From an uncultured Acidobacteriota bacterium (GTDB taxonomy: Bacteria > Acidobacteriota > Terriglobia > Acidiferrales > UBA7541): a stretch of DNA of 64,000 nt. The stretch lies in the NCBI GenBank assembly GCA_963781005.1, contig CAWADX010000002.1, positions 852,703-916,702 of the forward strand, written 5' to 3'. Positions 27,402 through 37,546 of the stretch are shown piece after piece; within the stretch, counting starts at the first letter, position 1; each line of letters begins with the position of its first letter. The notes beneath the pieces were generated by a model. It did no database searches. It was not told the DNA's origin and worked only from the letters and a program-made list of their open reading frames with translations. Position numbers and translations under genes: made by a program.

Positions 27402-30400
27402 CTACCAAATGAACTTCAAGGCGAACTGCATCTGGCGTGAACTTGTAATCGTCGGACTCGTCAGCACTCCGGCGTTGTTCAGAGCTCCCGATGTCGCAAA
27501 GACCTGGCGCGCGGCAGGTGCAGGGGGGTTGAGGTTTGCGTGATTGAAGATGTTGAAGATCTCCCATCGAAACTGCACGTTGAACGTTTCCGAGATCCGA
27601 CGAACGGAGTTGTTTTTGAACAAGGAAAAGTCAAAATCCTGAAGGCCGGGACCGATCACGGTGTTGCGGCCGGAGTTGCCGAGGAGATTGGCACAATAGA
27701 CCTGGCCTGCCGGTGGAGCCGCCGTCGCCCCTGGGAATGGGCTACACGACGTCGTCATGGACGCCGGTGCCGTTGGAAGGGTGAAGCAATTCAGGTTCAG
27801 ATAATGCAACCCGATACTTTTGAAGTTTGGATTGACCGGATCACATCCGGGAATGCGATTCGGGAACGCATAGAGGTCCGCACCCTTAAGGCCAAGCGGA
27901 TCACCGCCGATCGTCGGAGTGAACGGTAGTCCGCTGGTAATGGTGTAAATACCGCCGACCTGCCAACCGGAAGCGAACCACTTCGGAACCTCGCTCCAGT
28001 TCGTAGGATTTCGAACCAACCAAATGGCATTGATAGCGCCAACGTTCCGCACATCGAAGTCCGAAAGACCTCTGCGTAATTGCGGGTTGAACAGCGGAAG
28101 GCTGGAGACGGAATTCCCGAACGTGTCGCCCGCGATTCCTGACGATCCCGTATCAATGCTCTTCGAGAAAGTGTAGGAGCCCTGGAATTGAACGCCATGA
28201 CTCAGGCGTTTGATCGCCGAAAGATTCAGGCCGTGATAGGTCGAAGAAGTGGACCATTGGACCGTACTGACTTGGCCGCCGACGTTAGGGAAGAGACGCG
28301 TCCCGGTAACGCCCGGACCCGGCCAGAGGTATCCTGCGGGAGTTAGAGTGGGCTGGATGTCGTTGATTTCGTCTGCATGGAAAGGCAGGTGAACGCCGTG
28401 TGAACCGACGTAGCCTGCCGTAACCGTGAGATTACGAATTACTTCGCGCTGAACGTTCAAGGTCCACTGCTCGACATAACTGCGATGCGGATTCTGTTCG
28501 ACGTACGCGTTGCGCAGGTTTGTAGGGTTGTTTGCTTTTGCGAAGCCCCCCGAAGGAAAGTCGCCAGCGACGACGGGGGTGCTCGCGCCCTCCGTAAACG
28601 GGGCGGAAAGCAACGTGAGGAGCTCGAACTCGTAGGGCAACGGCAGCACATCGTAAATGCCGAACGCACCGCGAACAGAGGTTTTCCCGCCCCCGAAAGG
28701 ATCCCAAGCAAATCCCACCCGAGGCGCAAAGTTTCTCAATGTTGGATTCGAATAGTACGGCGAACCGAGATGCGGCGTCGTGTCTGTAAAATTGATAAGC
28801 GTAGAGAGTTGATTGGCCGTCTCCGTCGGGACGGTGGCCATCTCGTAGCGAAGCCCAAGGTTCAATGTCAGCCGCGACTTGATCTTATAATCGTCCTGGA
28901 TGTACCCGCCAAACACACTCTGTCGAAGATCGCGTGGTGTGCGCGATGTGCCGAGCAACGTTTGAAAGGTAGTGGGCATGTTCTGCAGGAAGCTCGACAG
29001 GGACCCAAATGTGTAAAAGCCGTCGGGACTCGCGCCCTGCGTGAATTGATTGGATTGGATGCGCTCGGCATAGAGACCAAACTTCAAAGAGTGTTTATTC
29101 CGCGTCCAGAAGAGATCCTCAAAGCCCTGAAATGAATTGAAGTGGAAGCGATACGCCGAGATAGCTCCTAGCCCTCCGGAGAATTGCGTAACACCTGAAC
29201 CCACTGTAATGATTCCAACTGGCAGGCCCGGATTGAATCCAAGAGTTGTGTCCGCGGCCGCAGGGTTGATCGCGGACAGGGTAGTAAAGGCGATCACCAC
29301 GTCTCGATTAAACCCAAAGCGCGCCGTGTTTACCAGTGTCGGCGTGAAAATGTGGGATTCCTCCAACGCAAAAGTCTGCCGGCTGGACTGATTCCCAATC
29401 AGCTTGAAATTGTAGGCATCCGGATTCTGCTGCTGGCCCCGATCAAAGACGTAGGTTCCAAAAAGAGTGTCGGACTCCGATATCCTGTGATCGATGCGCC
29501 CAGTTGCAAAATCCTCATTGGTGACCTGCTTCGCGACGAAACCGAAAGTACCGGTATCTCCGGTCGTCGGGGAACTCGGGAGGGGAAACAGGTTAAGGTA
29601 CGGCGCCACTTTCGGATTCACGGTGACGTTACCGCCGACGAGGATGCCACTGTGGGCGTTCTGCGAAGGCACGATGATGGTGTTGGTCGTGCTGAGACTC
29701 TGGCGCAAGCCTTCGTAATCGGCGAAGAAGAACGTGCGGTCTTTGATGATTGGTCCACCGGCGGTTGCGCCGAACTGATTTCTTTTAAACGGCGGGACGA
29801 TCAGATTTCCGGACGCGTCCCTCGCCGTGTCAAAGAAATTGCGCGTGTCGAGCTTGCTGTTCCGAATGAATTCGTAGCCCGATCCATGAAACACATTCGT
29901 ACCGGAGCGGGACGCCGCATTGATTACGCCTCCCGAAGTTTTTCCATAGTTGGCCGGCGCGTTGCTCGTCACCACCGAAAACTCTTGCACCGCATCGACG
30001 CCAAGAACTCCGCCCGTAACACTGCCCGGTGCGCCTGAACTGTAGTCATTGATGCTGACTCCGTCGAGCTGATAGTTGTTTCCCTGGGGGCGGTTCCCAC
30101 CGATGGTCACGTCCGTTCCCAGCCCACGGTTTGGCCGGTCGTTACTCACGCCCAGTGCTTTTTGCGTCCGCACCTGGGCCACGCCCGGCTCCAGGAGAGT
30201 CAACGAGGTCCAATCGCGTCCGTTGAGGGGCAATTCGTTAACGGTGTGAGAATCCATGACGCCACGCAATTCAGAAGAGGCTAATTCGACGTCGGAGATT
30301 TCTGTGCTGACTACGCTAACTTTATCGGAGACCGGCCCAAGCTTCATGACGACGTCGACTTGGCGGCGTTCTCCCGCCAGCAACCCGACACCTTGTACCG

Positions 30401-30770
30401 CTGCGGTCGCAAATCCAGTCGCAGTGATGGTGATTTCATAGGTGCCTGGAATCAGATTGGGCGCGGTGTACACGCCGTCGCCACTGGTTGTCGAATTGCG
30501 CTCGACACCCGTGGCGACATTTTTGATGGTCACGTTGGCGCTTCCAACCGCGGCACCACTCGGGTCCACAACCGTGCCAACGATGGTCCCGCCGGCCTCC
30601 TGAGCCACAACCGGGGTGATTGAGACAAAGCACAAAAGCAGCGTCAAGACAATCGTTTGCAGCCCCGTTCCCCACCGCTCTCTTGCCACATGATTATTCA
30701 CAGCGACCTCCCTTGTCATTCGAACGGCAACGCCCTCGAAGAGTGCCTCCAGGAACAGAGGAACTTTCAT
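27402..30770 (-). CDS. TonB-dependent receptor with carboxypeptidase-regulatory-like N-terminal domain
   Basis: GTIVGTVVDPSGAAVGSANVTIKNVATG...YTAPNLIPGTYEITITATGF, and the protein ends ...FALKFIW. Start may be ATG 30719. Confidence 0.8.
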   Translation of the reverse strand: MKVPLFLEALFEGVAVRMTREVAVNNHVARERWGTGLQTIVLTLLLCFVSITPVVAQEAGGTIVGTVVDPSGAAVGSANVTIKNVATGVERNSTTSGDGVYTAPNLIPGTYEITITATGFATAAVQGVGLLAGERRQVDVVMKLGPVSDKVSVVSTEISDVELASSELRGVMDSHTVNELPLNGRDWTSLTLLEPGVAQVRTQKALGVSNDRPNRGLGTDVTIGGNRPQGNNYQLDGVSINDYSSGAPGSVTGGVLGVDAVQEFSVVTSNAPANYGKTSGGVINAASRSGTNVFHGSGYEFIRNSKLDTRNFFDTARDASGNLIVPPFKRNQFGATAGGPIIKDRTFFFADYEGLRQSLSTTNTIIVPSQNAHSGILVGGNVTVNPKVAPYLNLFPLPSSPTTGDTGTFGFVAKQVTNEDFATGRIDHRISESDTLFGTYVFDRGQQQNPDAYNFKLIGNQSSRQTFALEESHIFTPTLVNTARFGFNRDVVIAFTTLSAINPAAADTTLGFNPGLPVGIITVGSGVTQFSGGLGAISAYRFHFNSFQGFEDLFWTRNKHSLKFGLYAERIQSNQFTQGASPDGFYTFGSLSSFLQNMPTTFQTLLGTSRTPRDLRQSVFGGYIQDDYKIKSRLTLNLGLRYEMATVPTETANQLSTLINFTDTTPHLGSPYYSNPTLRNFAPRVGFAWDPFGGGKTSVRGAFGIYDVLPLPYEFELLTLLSAPFTEGASTPVVAGDFPSGGFAKANNPTNLRNAYVEQNPHRSYVEQWTLNVQREVIRNLTVTAGYVGSHGVHLPFHADEINDIQPTLTPAGYLWPGPGVTGTRLFPNVGGQVSTVQWSTSSTYHGLNLSAIKRLSHGVQFQGSYTFSKSIDTGSSGIAGDTFGNSVSSLPLFNPQLRRGLSDFDVRNVGAINAIWLVRNPTNWSEVPKWFASGWQVGGIYTITSGLPFTPTIGGDPLGLKGADLYAFPNRIPGCDPVNPNFKSIGLHYLNLNCFTLPTAPASMTTSCSPFPGATAAPPAGQVYCANLLGNSGRNTVIGPGLQDFDFSLFKNNSVRRISETFNVQFRWEIFNIFNHANLNPPAPAARQVFATSGALNNAGVLTSPTITSSRQMQFALKFIW

Positions 30771-30797
30771 ACAGCCGCGTACGCCGGCGTCGCCGGG

Positions 30798-31835
30798 CTA
30801 CGACAGCACTCGATAAATCAAAACCTTTGCGGCGGCCTTCGTCTCGCCCGGGGAAACAGCCACGTAAAAACGAGCGAGACTCGGCACGAGCAGGCACGTC
30901 TTTGCGCCCGGCTCGCTGGCAACTTTCGCAAGCAATTCGTACCGGTCGGGCGCGTTCCGTTTGAACACGAAGATGCGGCCATCGCCTCCAGGAACGTAGA
31001 TGCGGCCGCTCGCAGCATCGAAGGCAATGTCGTCCGAGCGTTCCGCGGCGGGGATCAGCGTGATTACCTTTCCGCTGTCTGAATCCATGACCAGGAGCAT
31101 ACCCGGTTTCCGGCAGACGATCAGCAAGCGGCGATGCGGTTCGTCATACGCCATCGGAGAATTGTCTGCTTGGACGCCGATGGGCCAGCGGGCAATTTCC
31201 TTCATGGCCTTGCGGTCGACGACGGCTACTGCGTGCTTGTCGGTGAGATTGATGAACATGCGAGAACTAGATCTCTCGAGTGCCAGCCCTTCAACGTGGT
31301 TGCTTTCAATGCGCAGCTCGCCGACTTTCTCGTTTGTATGGAGGTCGATGGCGACGACGAAGGAATGGTCGAGCGGAACGTCTTTACCGCCAGTGATCAC
31401 GTAGAAAGTTTGCGTGGCCGCATCGAGACACGCCGAGTCCGCGCCCGCCAGTCCTTCAACGTGAGCTTCTTCGGAGTAATCCTTGCCGCGGAGGATTCGA
31501 AGGAACCCTTTGTCGCCGTCGGTGACAAGGATGCGATCGGATTCGGGAAGGTAGACGATGGCGTGCGGCGCTCCGAAACCAGTTATGCTCTTGATGCGGC
31601 GATTCGCCTTCAGATCGAAGACCTCAACCGTCTTGTGGTCCTCCCCTGCAAGAAAGAACCGACCGCCCTTTTCATCCACAGCAAAATGATCGAAATCTCC
31701 GCTAAATCCTGGAAGCGCCATGGAGCTTTCGAACTTCAACGGTATCGCGACCCCGGCTGGCGCAGGGAAGCTCGCGGGTATCGCAACTGCTAAGAGGAGG
31801 ACAATGCCCAGGCCCGAGCAGAGAGCTTTCGGCAT
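30798..31835 (-). CDS. exported beta-propeller repeat protein (YncE/YVTN-like by pattern)
   Basis: ATG 31835 gives the signal peptide MPKALCSGLGIVLLLAVAIPASF. Repeated ~40-aa blade-like units. Lies immediately upstream of the TonB receptor. Confidence 0.55.
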   Translation of the reverse strand: MPKALCSGLGIVLLLAVAIPASFPAPAGVAIPLKFESSMALPGFSGDFDHFAVDEKGGRFFLAGEDHKTVEVFDLKANRRIKSITGFGAPHAIVYLPESDRILVTDGDKGFLRILRGKDYSEEAHVEGLAGADSACLDAATQTFYVITGGKDVPLDHSFVVAIDLHTNEKVGELRIESNHVEGLALERSSSRMFINLTDKHAVAVVDRKAMKEIARWPIGVQADNSPMAYDEPHRRLLIVCRKPGMLLVMDSDSGKVITLIPAAERSDDIAFDAASGRIYVPGGDGRIFVFKRNAPDRYELLAKVASEPGAKTCLLVPSLARFYVAVSPGETKAAAKVLIYRVLS

Positions 31836-32283
31836 TCGCACGATGACCGAAGCTCGGAAAATTCGAAAAGGGGTTGCGAAAAATTCTACCGGTTTCTTCA
31901 AGAGTCTTCCCCCGGCACGTTCAGCTTGCATTGGGTGTCCACAATCGACCAATGACCAACTCTAGTTCGCTTGTCAAAAAAAGCCTTACTGTGATTTCTT
32001 CGTAGGAAGGGCCGAACCCTTTTGATCACGCGAACTTGCTGAACAATTCATCGGGTCCGAATTCTCCCACGAGCCAAGATCGCCTCGGAGCGCCCCCGGT
32101 GACCGGGACTCTGCTCCAATCGGTCAAAGCATCGCAATGCTCTATCCATCACATGCGAAACAATTATCGATAACTTGGAAATCCGCTCAGGATGAAGAAC
32201 TTAGAGGTGCAAATAACATAGGGCCTACGCTTAAGCTTTGACCCCAATGCACCGTCCGGCATATACTCCGACCGCCGCTAGCT

Positions 32284-34272
32284 TTGGGAACGAGCAAACA
32301 ACCCGCCCTTTCGCCGAAGTTCGTCCGCTTCGGTATCTACGAAGTTGATTTGCGCACGAGTGAGCTTTGGAAACAGGGCCGAAAGATCAAGCTTCAGGAG
32401 CAACCTTGCCGGATTCTCGCAATTCTGCTGGAACGGCACGGCGAAGTGGTCACCCGGGAAGAGCTCCGGAAGTGGCTTTGGTCCGATGATACCTTCGTCG
32501 ATTTTGACCACAGCTTGAACACCGCGATCATGAGGTTGCGCGAAGTGCTGAGCGACTCGTCGGATAATCCGCTCTTCATTGAAACCCTTCCGCGCCATGG
32601 CTACCGCTTTATCGCCCCAATCCAAGAGCTTGACGGCTCCGAGCCTGAAAAGTCAGAGGAAACGCATTCGCATGCGACTCCAGAAAGTTCCCTCCGGGTT
32701 CCGGAATCCGGGCCTGCAATGCAGCTCTCTGCGGGACAGGCCACACCCCACCTAGGGTCCAGACCGATCGCTTCCCGCCTCGCCATCATCATTGGGAGTC
32801 TTCTCACCGTACTTGTCATCGTACTTATCGGAGTGAGGCTGCCTCTTGCCTGGCATGGCTCGGGAGCAAGCTCGCAGCCGAATCAGATCAAGTCTCTGGT
32901 CGTCCTCCCGTTCGATAACCTCTCCGGTGACAAGGATCAGCAGTACTTCACCGACGGCATGACGGACGAGCTGATCGCGCATCTTGCGAAGATTCGTTCC
33001 CTGCGTGTAATCTCGCGCACCTCTTCCATGGAATACAAAGACACGCACAAGCCTCTTTCCCAGATTGCCCGCGATTTGAATGTGGACGCCGTCGTCGAAG
33101 GCACTGTACTGCGATCTGGCAACCAGGTCCGAATCACGGCGGAGTTGGTTCAAGTGGCCACCGACCGCCACCTCTGGGCGGAAACCTATGAAAGCCAGTT
33201 GGGAGATGTTCTTGGACTCCAGGGCCGGGTGGCGAGCGCCATCGTCAACGAAATCAGGGTGAATCTGACTCCCGAGGAACAGCAACGCCTGGCCAGCACT
33301 CGCTCTGTCAGCGGCGAGAGTTATGAGAACTATCTAAAAGGAAGATATTACTGGAACAAGAGATCACAGGAAGGACTAACCAAGGCTATCGATTATTTTC
33401 AGCTCGCAATCGAAAAAGATCCAAACTATGCTCTCGCCTACGCTGGCCTCGCCGATTGTTACAGCATCATTGGATCCGCGATTGTCGGCACGGTGCCTTC
33501 TCAGGATGTAGCGCCCAAGGCCAAGGCCGCGGCCCTGAAGGCGTTGCAACTTGATGACACACTTGCCGAGGCGCAAACGTCCCTGGCTACGGTGCGCTTC
33601 AATTACGATTGGGATTGGGCTGGCGCCGCGAGTGGCTTCCAACGATCCATCGAACTCAACCCAAGCTACGCCACGGCTTATCAGCGGTACTCTTTGTATC
33701 TCATGGCCATGGGCCGGACGAATGAGAGCCTTGCGCAGATGACTCGTGCACGCGAGCTTGACCCATTGTCGATCAGCATGAATTTTAGTCTGGGCTGGCG
33801 TCTCTACATGGCGCGCAAGTACGACCAGGCCATCGAGCAACTGCAAAACACACTCGAAATGGACCAGACCTTCGCCCTGCCTCGCATGGTTCTCGGCCAG
33901 GCCTACGAGCAGAAGAACGCATATCCACAAGCCCTCGCAGAGCTTCAGGGCGCCGTCAGCGCCTCGCACGACAGTCCGCAGATGCTCGGAGCTCTGGGAC
34001 ATGCCTATGGCGCTTCGGGCAACCGGTTCGAGGCTGAGAAAATTTTGGCTAAATTGATGGAAGAATCAAAGAAACGGTATGTTTCCCCATTTTACGTGGC
34101 GATCGTCTATGTGGGACTGGCTGAAAATGATAAGGCTGTCGATTGGCTGGAGAAGGCCTACAGGGATCGTTCCAATGCCATCGTCTTCTCCAAGGTTGAT
34201 CCACAATTGGACCCTTTGCGCTCCACTCCTCGTTTCCAGTCTCTCCTACATCGGCTGGCTTTCCAAAATTAG
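32284..34272 (+). CDS. CadC/ToxR-like membrane-anchored winged-helix regulator with periplasmic TPR repeats
   Basis: TTG start in the track. OmpR/PhoB-type winged helix (FGIYEVDLRTSELWKQGRKIKLQEQPCRILAILLERHGEVVTREEL...LPRHGYRFIAP). One TM segment (LAIIIGSLLTVLVIVLIGV). TPR-like repeats in the C-terminal half. Confidence 0.75.
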   Translation: MGTSKQPALSPKFVRFGIYEVDLRTSELWKQGRKIKLQEQPCRILAILLERHGEVVTREELRKWLWSDDTFVDFDHSLNTAIMRLREVLSDSSDNPLFIETLPRHGYRFIAPIQELDGSEPEKSEETHSHATPESSLRVPESGPAMQLSAGQATPHLGSRPIASRLAIIIGSLLTVLVIVLIGVRLPLAWHGSGASSQPNQIKSLVVLPFDNLSGDKDQQYFTDGMTDELIAHLAKIRSLRVISRTSSMEYKDTHKPLSQIARDLNVDAVVEGTVLRSGNQVRITAELVQVATDRHLWAETYESQLGDVLGLQGRVASAIVNEIRVNLTPEEQQRLASTRSVSGESYENYLKGRYYWNKRSQEGLTKAIDYFQLAIEKDPNYALAYAGLADCYSIIGSAIVGTVPSQDVAPKAKAAALKALQLDDTLAEAQTSLATVRFNYDWDWAGAASGFQRSIELNPSYATAYQRYSLYLMAMGRTNESLAQMTRARELDPLSISMNFSLGWRLYMARKYDQAIEQLQNTLEMDQTFALPRMVLGQAYEQKNAYPQALAELQGAVSASHDSPQMLGALGHAYGASGNRFEAEKILAKLMEESKKRYVSPFYVAIVYVGLAENDKAVDWLEKAYRDRSNAIVFSKVDPQLDPLRSTPRFQSLLHRLAFQN

Positions 34273-34384
34273 ATCGATCGTCTCGGCCAGTTGCTGACTC
34301 GACCCGATCTAGCCATCGCCAAGGCCTACAACGAAGCGATCTTCACCGCGAGATCAACCCGCCGCCAACCAACTCGGAACGGTC

Positions 34385-34512
34385 ATAGAAACGGTCCCCG
34401 TGAATCCAGTGAAGGTTCATCTGGAGTCGCATCAACCCCTAACCTTGCGGCTCACCATTCCTCACCACCACAAGGAACACTCTCCACGTTGGTGGGAATG
34501 GTAGCTCGCAGC
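34385..34512 (+). pseudogene. orphan 3' end (~40 codons plus stop) of a GH38-like gene; copy 2 of the direct repeat
   Basis: Translates in frame as ...NPVKVHLESHQPLTLRLTIPHHHKEHSPRWWEW*, versus ...NPVKVHLEPHQTLTLRLTIPHPHKERSPRWWEW* at 19375-19480. No gene body lies upstream. Confidence 0.75.
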
Positions 34513-34601
34513 TTGAGATGGCCCGTCAAAGCTGCCCCAACAGGGATGGCGCTGTGTGAAATGACCTGCTTCGGCGGGTTGACGACTCCGAGTGCTCGGT
34601 T

Positions 34602-35267
34602 CTATCTTGGCCGTTGCACAACCTCGATAGCGGTAACTGGATGCACTTCCCACGCTGTAGCCCGCCAGTTGCGCGGGCGGTCCGGCGCCGTGTTCTCTGC
34701 TTCGCTCTCGTGCTCCACATCGAAAAGCATCCAGCCGGTGACTTTCACCCAGCGGCCCAGGAGCTTGTCTCGCAAGGCTTGCGTAGACCAGTCCACGCTG
34801 CTTTGCGACATGATCTCCCTCCATCGGGGCGTAACTTCAACGATTACGCGCTTCGTAGCCGTGGAGGCCATCGGGTCAAGCACGAGCTCGATGTGAGTGT
34901 CCCGGTAAGCCCAATCCTTCGCATGGCAGTTCACAGTTTCGACGCCTCCGGGCTTCACGTCCAGGACGTAGCCGGTAATGGCGGCGCCTTCCTTGACCTT
35001 CCACCGACCGATGTCGTTTCCAGGGACCACGATCGCAGCGAGTGTTACCGCTGGATTGATTTGGTCTGAGTTCGGCGCCGTGTAACGATTCTTGAGTCGA
35101 TTCAGCGCTCGGACACCAGCGCTTTGAGCGTCGCCCTCCATCGGGCAGCCGTTGTAGGTGTCCAGGCTGGCGGCGGGAGACGGAGTTTCTTGGTGAGGAT
35201 ACGCTGGGCCGCTGGCCACGAGCAAAAGACCTACAGCGAAGAGAGCTGTCGCTTTCTCAGCGAGCAT
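34602..35267 (-). CDS. secreted hypothetical protein (221 aa)
   Basis: Signal peptide MLAEKATALFAVGLLLVASGPA. RBS GAGAGG. C-terminal ...RNWRATAWEVHPVTAIEVVQRPR. No family name recalled with confidence. Confidence 0.7.
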   Translation of the reverse strand: MLAEKATALFAVGLLLVASGPAYPHQETPSPAASLDTYNGCPMEGDAQSAGVRALNRLKNRYTAPNSDQINPAVTLAAIVVPGNDIGRWKVKEGAAITGYVLDVKPGGVETVNCHAKDWAYRDTHIELVLDPMASTATKRVIVEVTPRWREIMSQSSVDWSTQALRDKLLGRWVKVTGWMLFDVEHESEAENTAPDRPRNWRATAWEVHPVTAIEVVQRPR

Positions 35268-35360
35268 CCTGGTGCCTCTCGCGATGGTGTGTCGCTGCCC
35301 GTCTGTGTTCGATCATGAGTCCGCCGGCAAACGACAAGGACGATATGGCACCATTCATTT

Positions 35361-35513
35361 TCACTGCCTCTCCCGGAACCAACCGCAGGGGTTGCAGCGC
35401 TCTTCGCCAGCCCCGTAGCGCGCCAGGAACTTGTTCCCGCAGTCTGGGCAGGCCGGCGTCTGGGGCACCTTCGCAGGCAGCGTAACTCTCACCGGGAAAT
35501 TCAGCGCTCCCAC
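35361..35513 (-). CDS. small zinc-ribbon protein (50 aa), tentative
   Basis: Below the track cutoff. GTG start. My translation is VGALNFPVRVTLPAKVPQTPACPDCGNKFLARYGAGEERCNPCGWFRERQ, with CxxC...CxxC. Follows the upstream gene by 17 nt. Confidence 0.4.
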   Translation of the reverse strand: MGALNFPVRVTLPAKVPQTPACPDCGNKFLARYGAGEERCNPCGWFRERQ

Positions 35514-35530
35514 ATCCTCACCGAATTCGC

Positions 35531-35926
35531 CTAGCTCTTGTCGCGGTATTTAGCGGGTTCTTGTCCTTGATCCACCTTACCGGGTACGGGTCCAGCGGGA
35601 CCAGGATCTTCGGCCTTGGCGGCGGCTGGCCTTGGATAGAGGCCAAGCATTTCCTCGAAGCGCTGGAGAAATTCCTCGGTGCTCATCTTTACGGGTCCTT
35701 CGTCCGACCCGTCGATCTCGACTCGCTGCGCGGCCTTCCCTTCCGTCCGGTCGGCGATCTCTTTGATCGCAGCCATATCCCCGCCTGCAGCTTTACGAAG
35801 GAGCGCGAGACCGATTGCTTCTAACCACGACCGACCCGCTGTGTGGCCCGAGCGCCGCTGGGGCAGTTTCTCGCGCAAGAACTGCGAGAGCAGCAAATTC
35901 GCTGAGTTCTTTTGATGTTTTCTCAT
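35531..35926 (-). CDS. hypothetical protein, phage-associated type
   Basis: 131-aa ORF. The segment LLRKAAGGDMAAIKEIADRTEGKA resembles a motif I recall from small phage proteins (small-terminase-like/DUF5681-like). Low certainty on function. Confidence 0.5.
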   Translation of the reverse strand: MRKHQKNSANLLLSQFLREKLPQRRSGHTAGRSWLEAIGLALLRKAAGGDMAAIKEIADRTEGKAAQRVEIDGSDEGPVKMSTEEFLQRFEEMLGLYPRPAAAKAEDPGPAGPVPGKVDQGQEPAKYRDKS

Positions 35927-35989
35927 GTCGTGCTACCTCCGCATCACTTGCCTGGCAACGTTCACGACAGTCACGACATTCGCAACCGT

Positions 35990-37546
35990 TTATACCGCCT
36001 CTTCCAAATGCATTTGTTGACATAGCGGACAAGCTCTGAGATCGGCGCGCGTGAATTTGTCACTGAAATAGTCGATGCCGTAAGAGGCCATCAATTCGTG
36101 AACTCTCTCCTGATCAGTACGGTCCAAAGTGAGGTTCCAGCCTATGTTCGTCCGTGCCCGCCGTGAAAAGGAGAGGCTCGTCAAAACCGCCCCGACTTTG
36201 CGCGGTTGCAAGCGGAGGGGTTGGCCGGCCGCTTTGAGTATCCGGTTGACTTTGGCCGTCAGGTTTTTAACCAGCACCGCGCCGGAGTAACCATCGACGT
36301 GCATGCAGAAAAACAGCCCCGCAAGGACAGCGCTTTGCTGTGGAGATAGAGGCTCTCGCGACAAGATGTCCCGCTCCTTGAAAATGTGGACCAACGTGTT
36401 GCAAACTCCTGCATCTTCAGCGAACGGCGCCGCTAAACACGCTAACAGGTCGCGGCTTCGGGGTCGCAGGGTCTCTGTGCCGGCGAGTTTGGGAATCCGA
36501 ACTGTCTTGTAGTTTTCAAACCGGAAGTCAAGCAATTGGGCTTGAAGTTCAGCCGCGAGCTCTTCGAGTTCGGAATCCGTGGGCCTGTCCAAGTTGGTGT
36601 TTGCCTCGGTCATCTGGATTTGAACACAGCGACTATTTAAAGCGGCGTCGTCCGGCGGTTCCAGCCAGCAGAGGACCTTCGGTCCGAAAGTGTCAAAGAC
36701 CTGGTTTTTCCTTACTGCCAGGACTTCACGAGTGGTCCCCATCCGCAACAGATGGTAAAGAACACGCCTGTCCTCAAGAGCCCCTGCGTCGTCAATCCAC
36801 AACGTAGGGCTCAATCGCTCGCAGGCGCGGCAGAAGGCCGCCGAAGTAATATCTCCGGTCAGCAATGGCCGGCGGCAAACTAACCTCAAGACTCTTAGGA
36901 GCGTTGTCTTTCCTGATTGCGGCAACCCTACCACCGACAAATACGGCGCGATCGCGAGTCCATCGGCAAACCAAGTGGCGAATACAAAAAGAACTAAGAC
37001 CGCTAGGTCCATTTCTTTGACCGAAACGCAGCGTGAGATGAGCCTGCAGACTCCAGCATAAAGAGAGCGCTTTGACTTGTAGGATTTTGTGCCTCGGGGC
37101 AGGCGAATGTGTTTCAGAATCTCTCCGTCGCGCGGCGGAGGAATCAGGGTCTTGCCTCCATACTCCAAGCTCTCTCGGTAAGTCACTCTGCCGCCCTTCC
37201 AGATTGCGAACAACGTGCGCGTCGGATTCTGAGGGTCCTGCACGAAATCGATAAGCGATCCATCCGACAGCTCTGCGAAGTCGATCGTTGCCAAAGGAAA
37301 TTGGACCAGAGAGGCGTTGCGACCGGCGTCTTCACCACGTGCATTCCCTGCGCTTGTACTTTTGCAGCGACGCCTGGGGCGAAACTCCGACGCTCGAATT
37401 CCGTGCTCGAAGCTATCGCGCCCAGGCCGGCGAGTACGTCTGCATTCTTCCTCTCCGGACGAGCGTTCCGCAAAATCATTTGGCTCGGCGGAACGCATCC
37501 CCGCTGGCTTGGAGCCGTTTCGTGAAATCCGTTTTGACCGTGTCAT
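35990..37546 (-). CDS. P-loop NTPase, phage/plasmid replication (primase-helicase-like) type
   Basis: Track ORF trimmed to ATG 37546, which has AAGAGG upstream. Walker A GLPQSGKTT and Walker B-like LWIDDAG. C-terminal CPLC. Confidence 0.55.
   Translation of the reverse strand: MTRSKRISRNGSKPAGMRSAEPNDFAERSSGEEECRRTRRPGRDSFEHGIRASEFRPRRRCKSTSAGNARGEDAGRNASLVQFPLATIDFAELSDGSLIDFVQDPQNPTRTLFAIWKGGRVTYRESLEYGGKTLIPPPRDGEILKHIRLPRGTKSYKSKRSLYAGVCRLISRCVSVKEMDLAVLVLFVFATWFADGLAIAPYLSVVGLPQSGKTTLLRVLRLVCRRPLLTGDITSAAFCRACERLSPTLWIDDAGALEDRRVLYHLLRMGTTREVLAVRKNQVFDTFGPKVLCWLEPPDDAALNSRCVQIQMTEANTNLDRPTDSELEELAAELQAQLLDFRFENYKTVRIPKLAGTETLRPRSRDLLACLAAPFAEDAGVCNTLVHIFKERDILSREPLSPQQSAVLAGLFFCMHVDGYSGAVLVKNLTAKVNRILKAAGQPLRLQPRKVGAVLTSLSFSRRARTNIGWNLTLDRTDQERVHELMASYGIDYFSDKFTRADLRACPLCQQMHLEEAV

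Noticed and set aside
34291-34896. Plus-strand ORF of 201 aa spanning the GH38 remnant and the antisense strand of the secreted-protein gene.
   Set aside because: It is a composite of a gene remnant and an antisense frame. The minus-strand gene has a signal peptide, an RBS and a paralogous fragment elsewhere.
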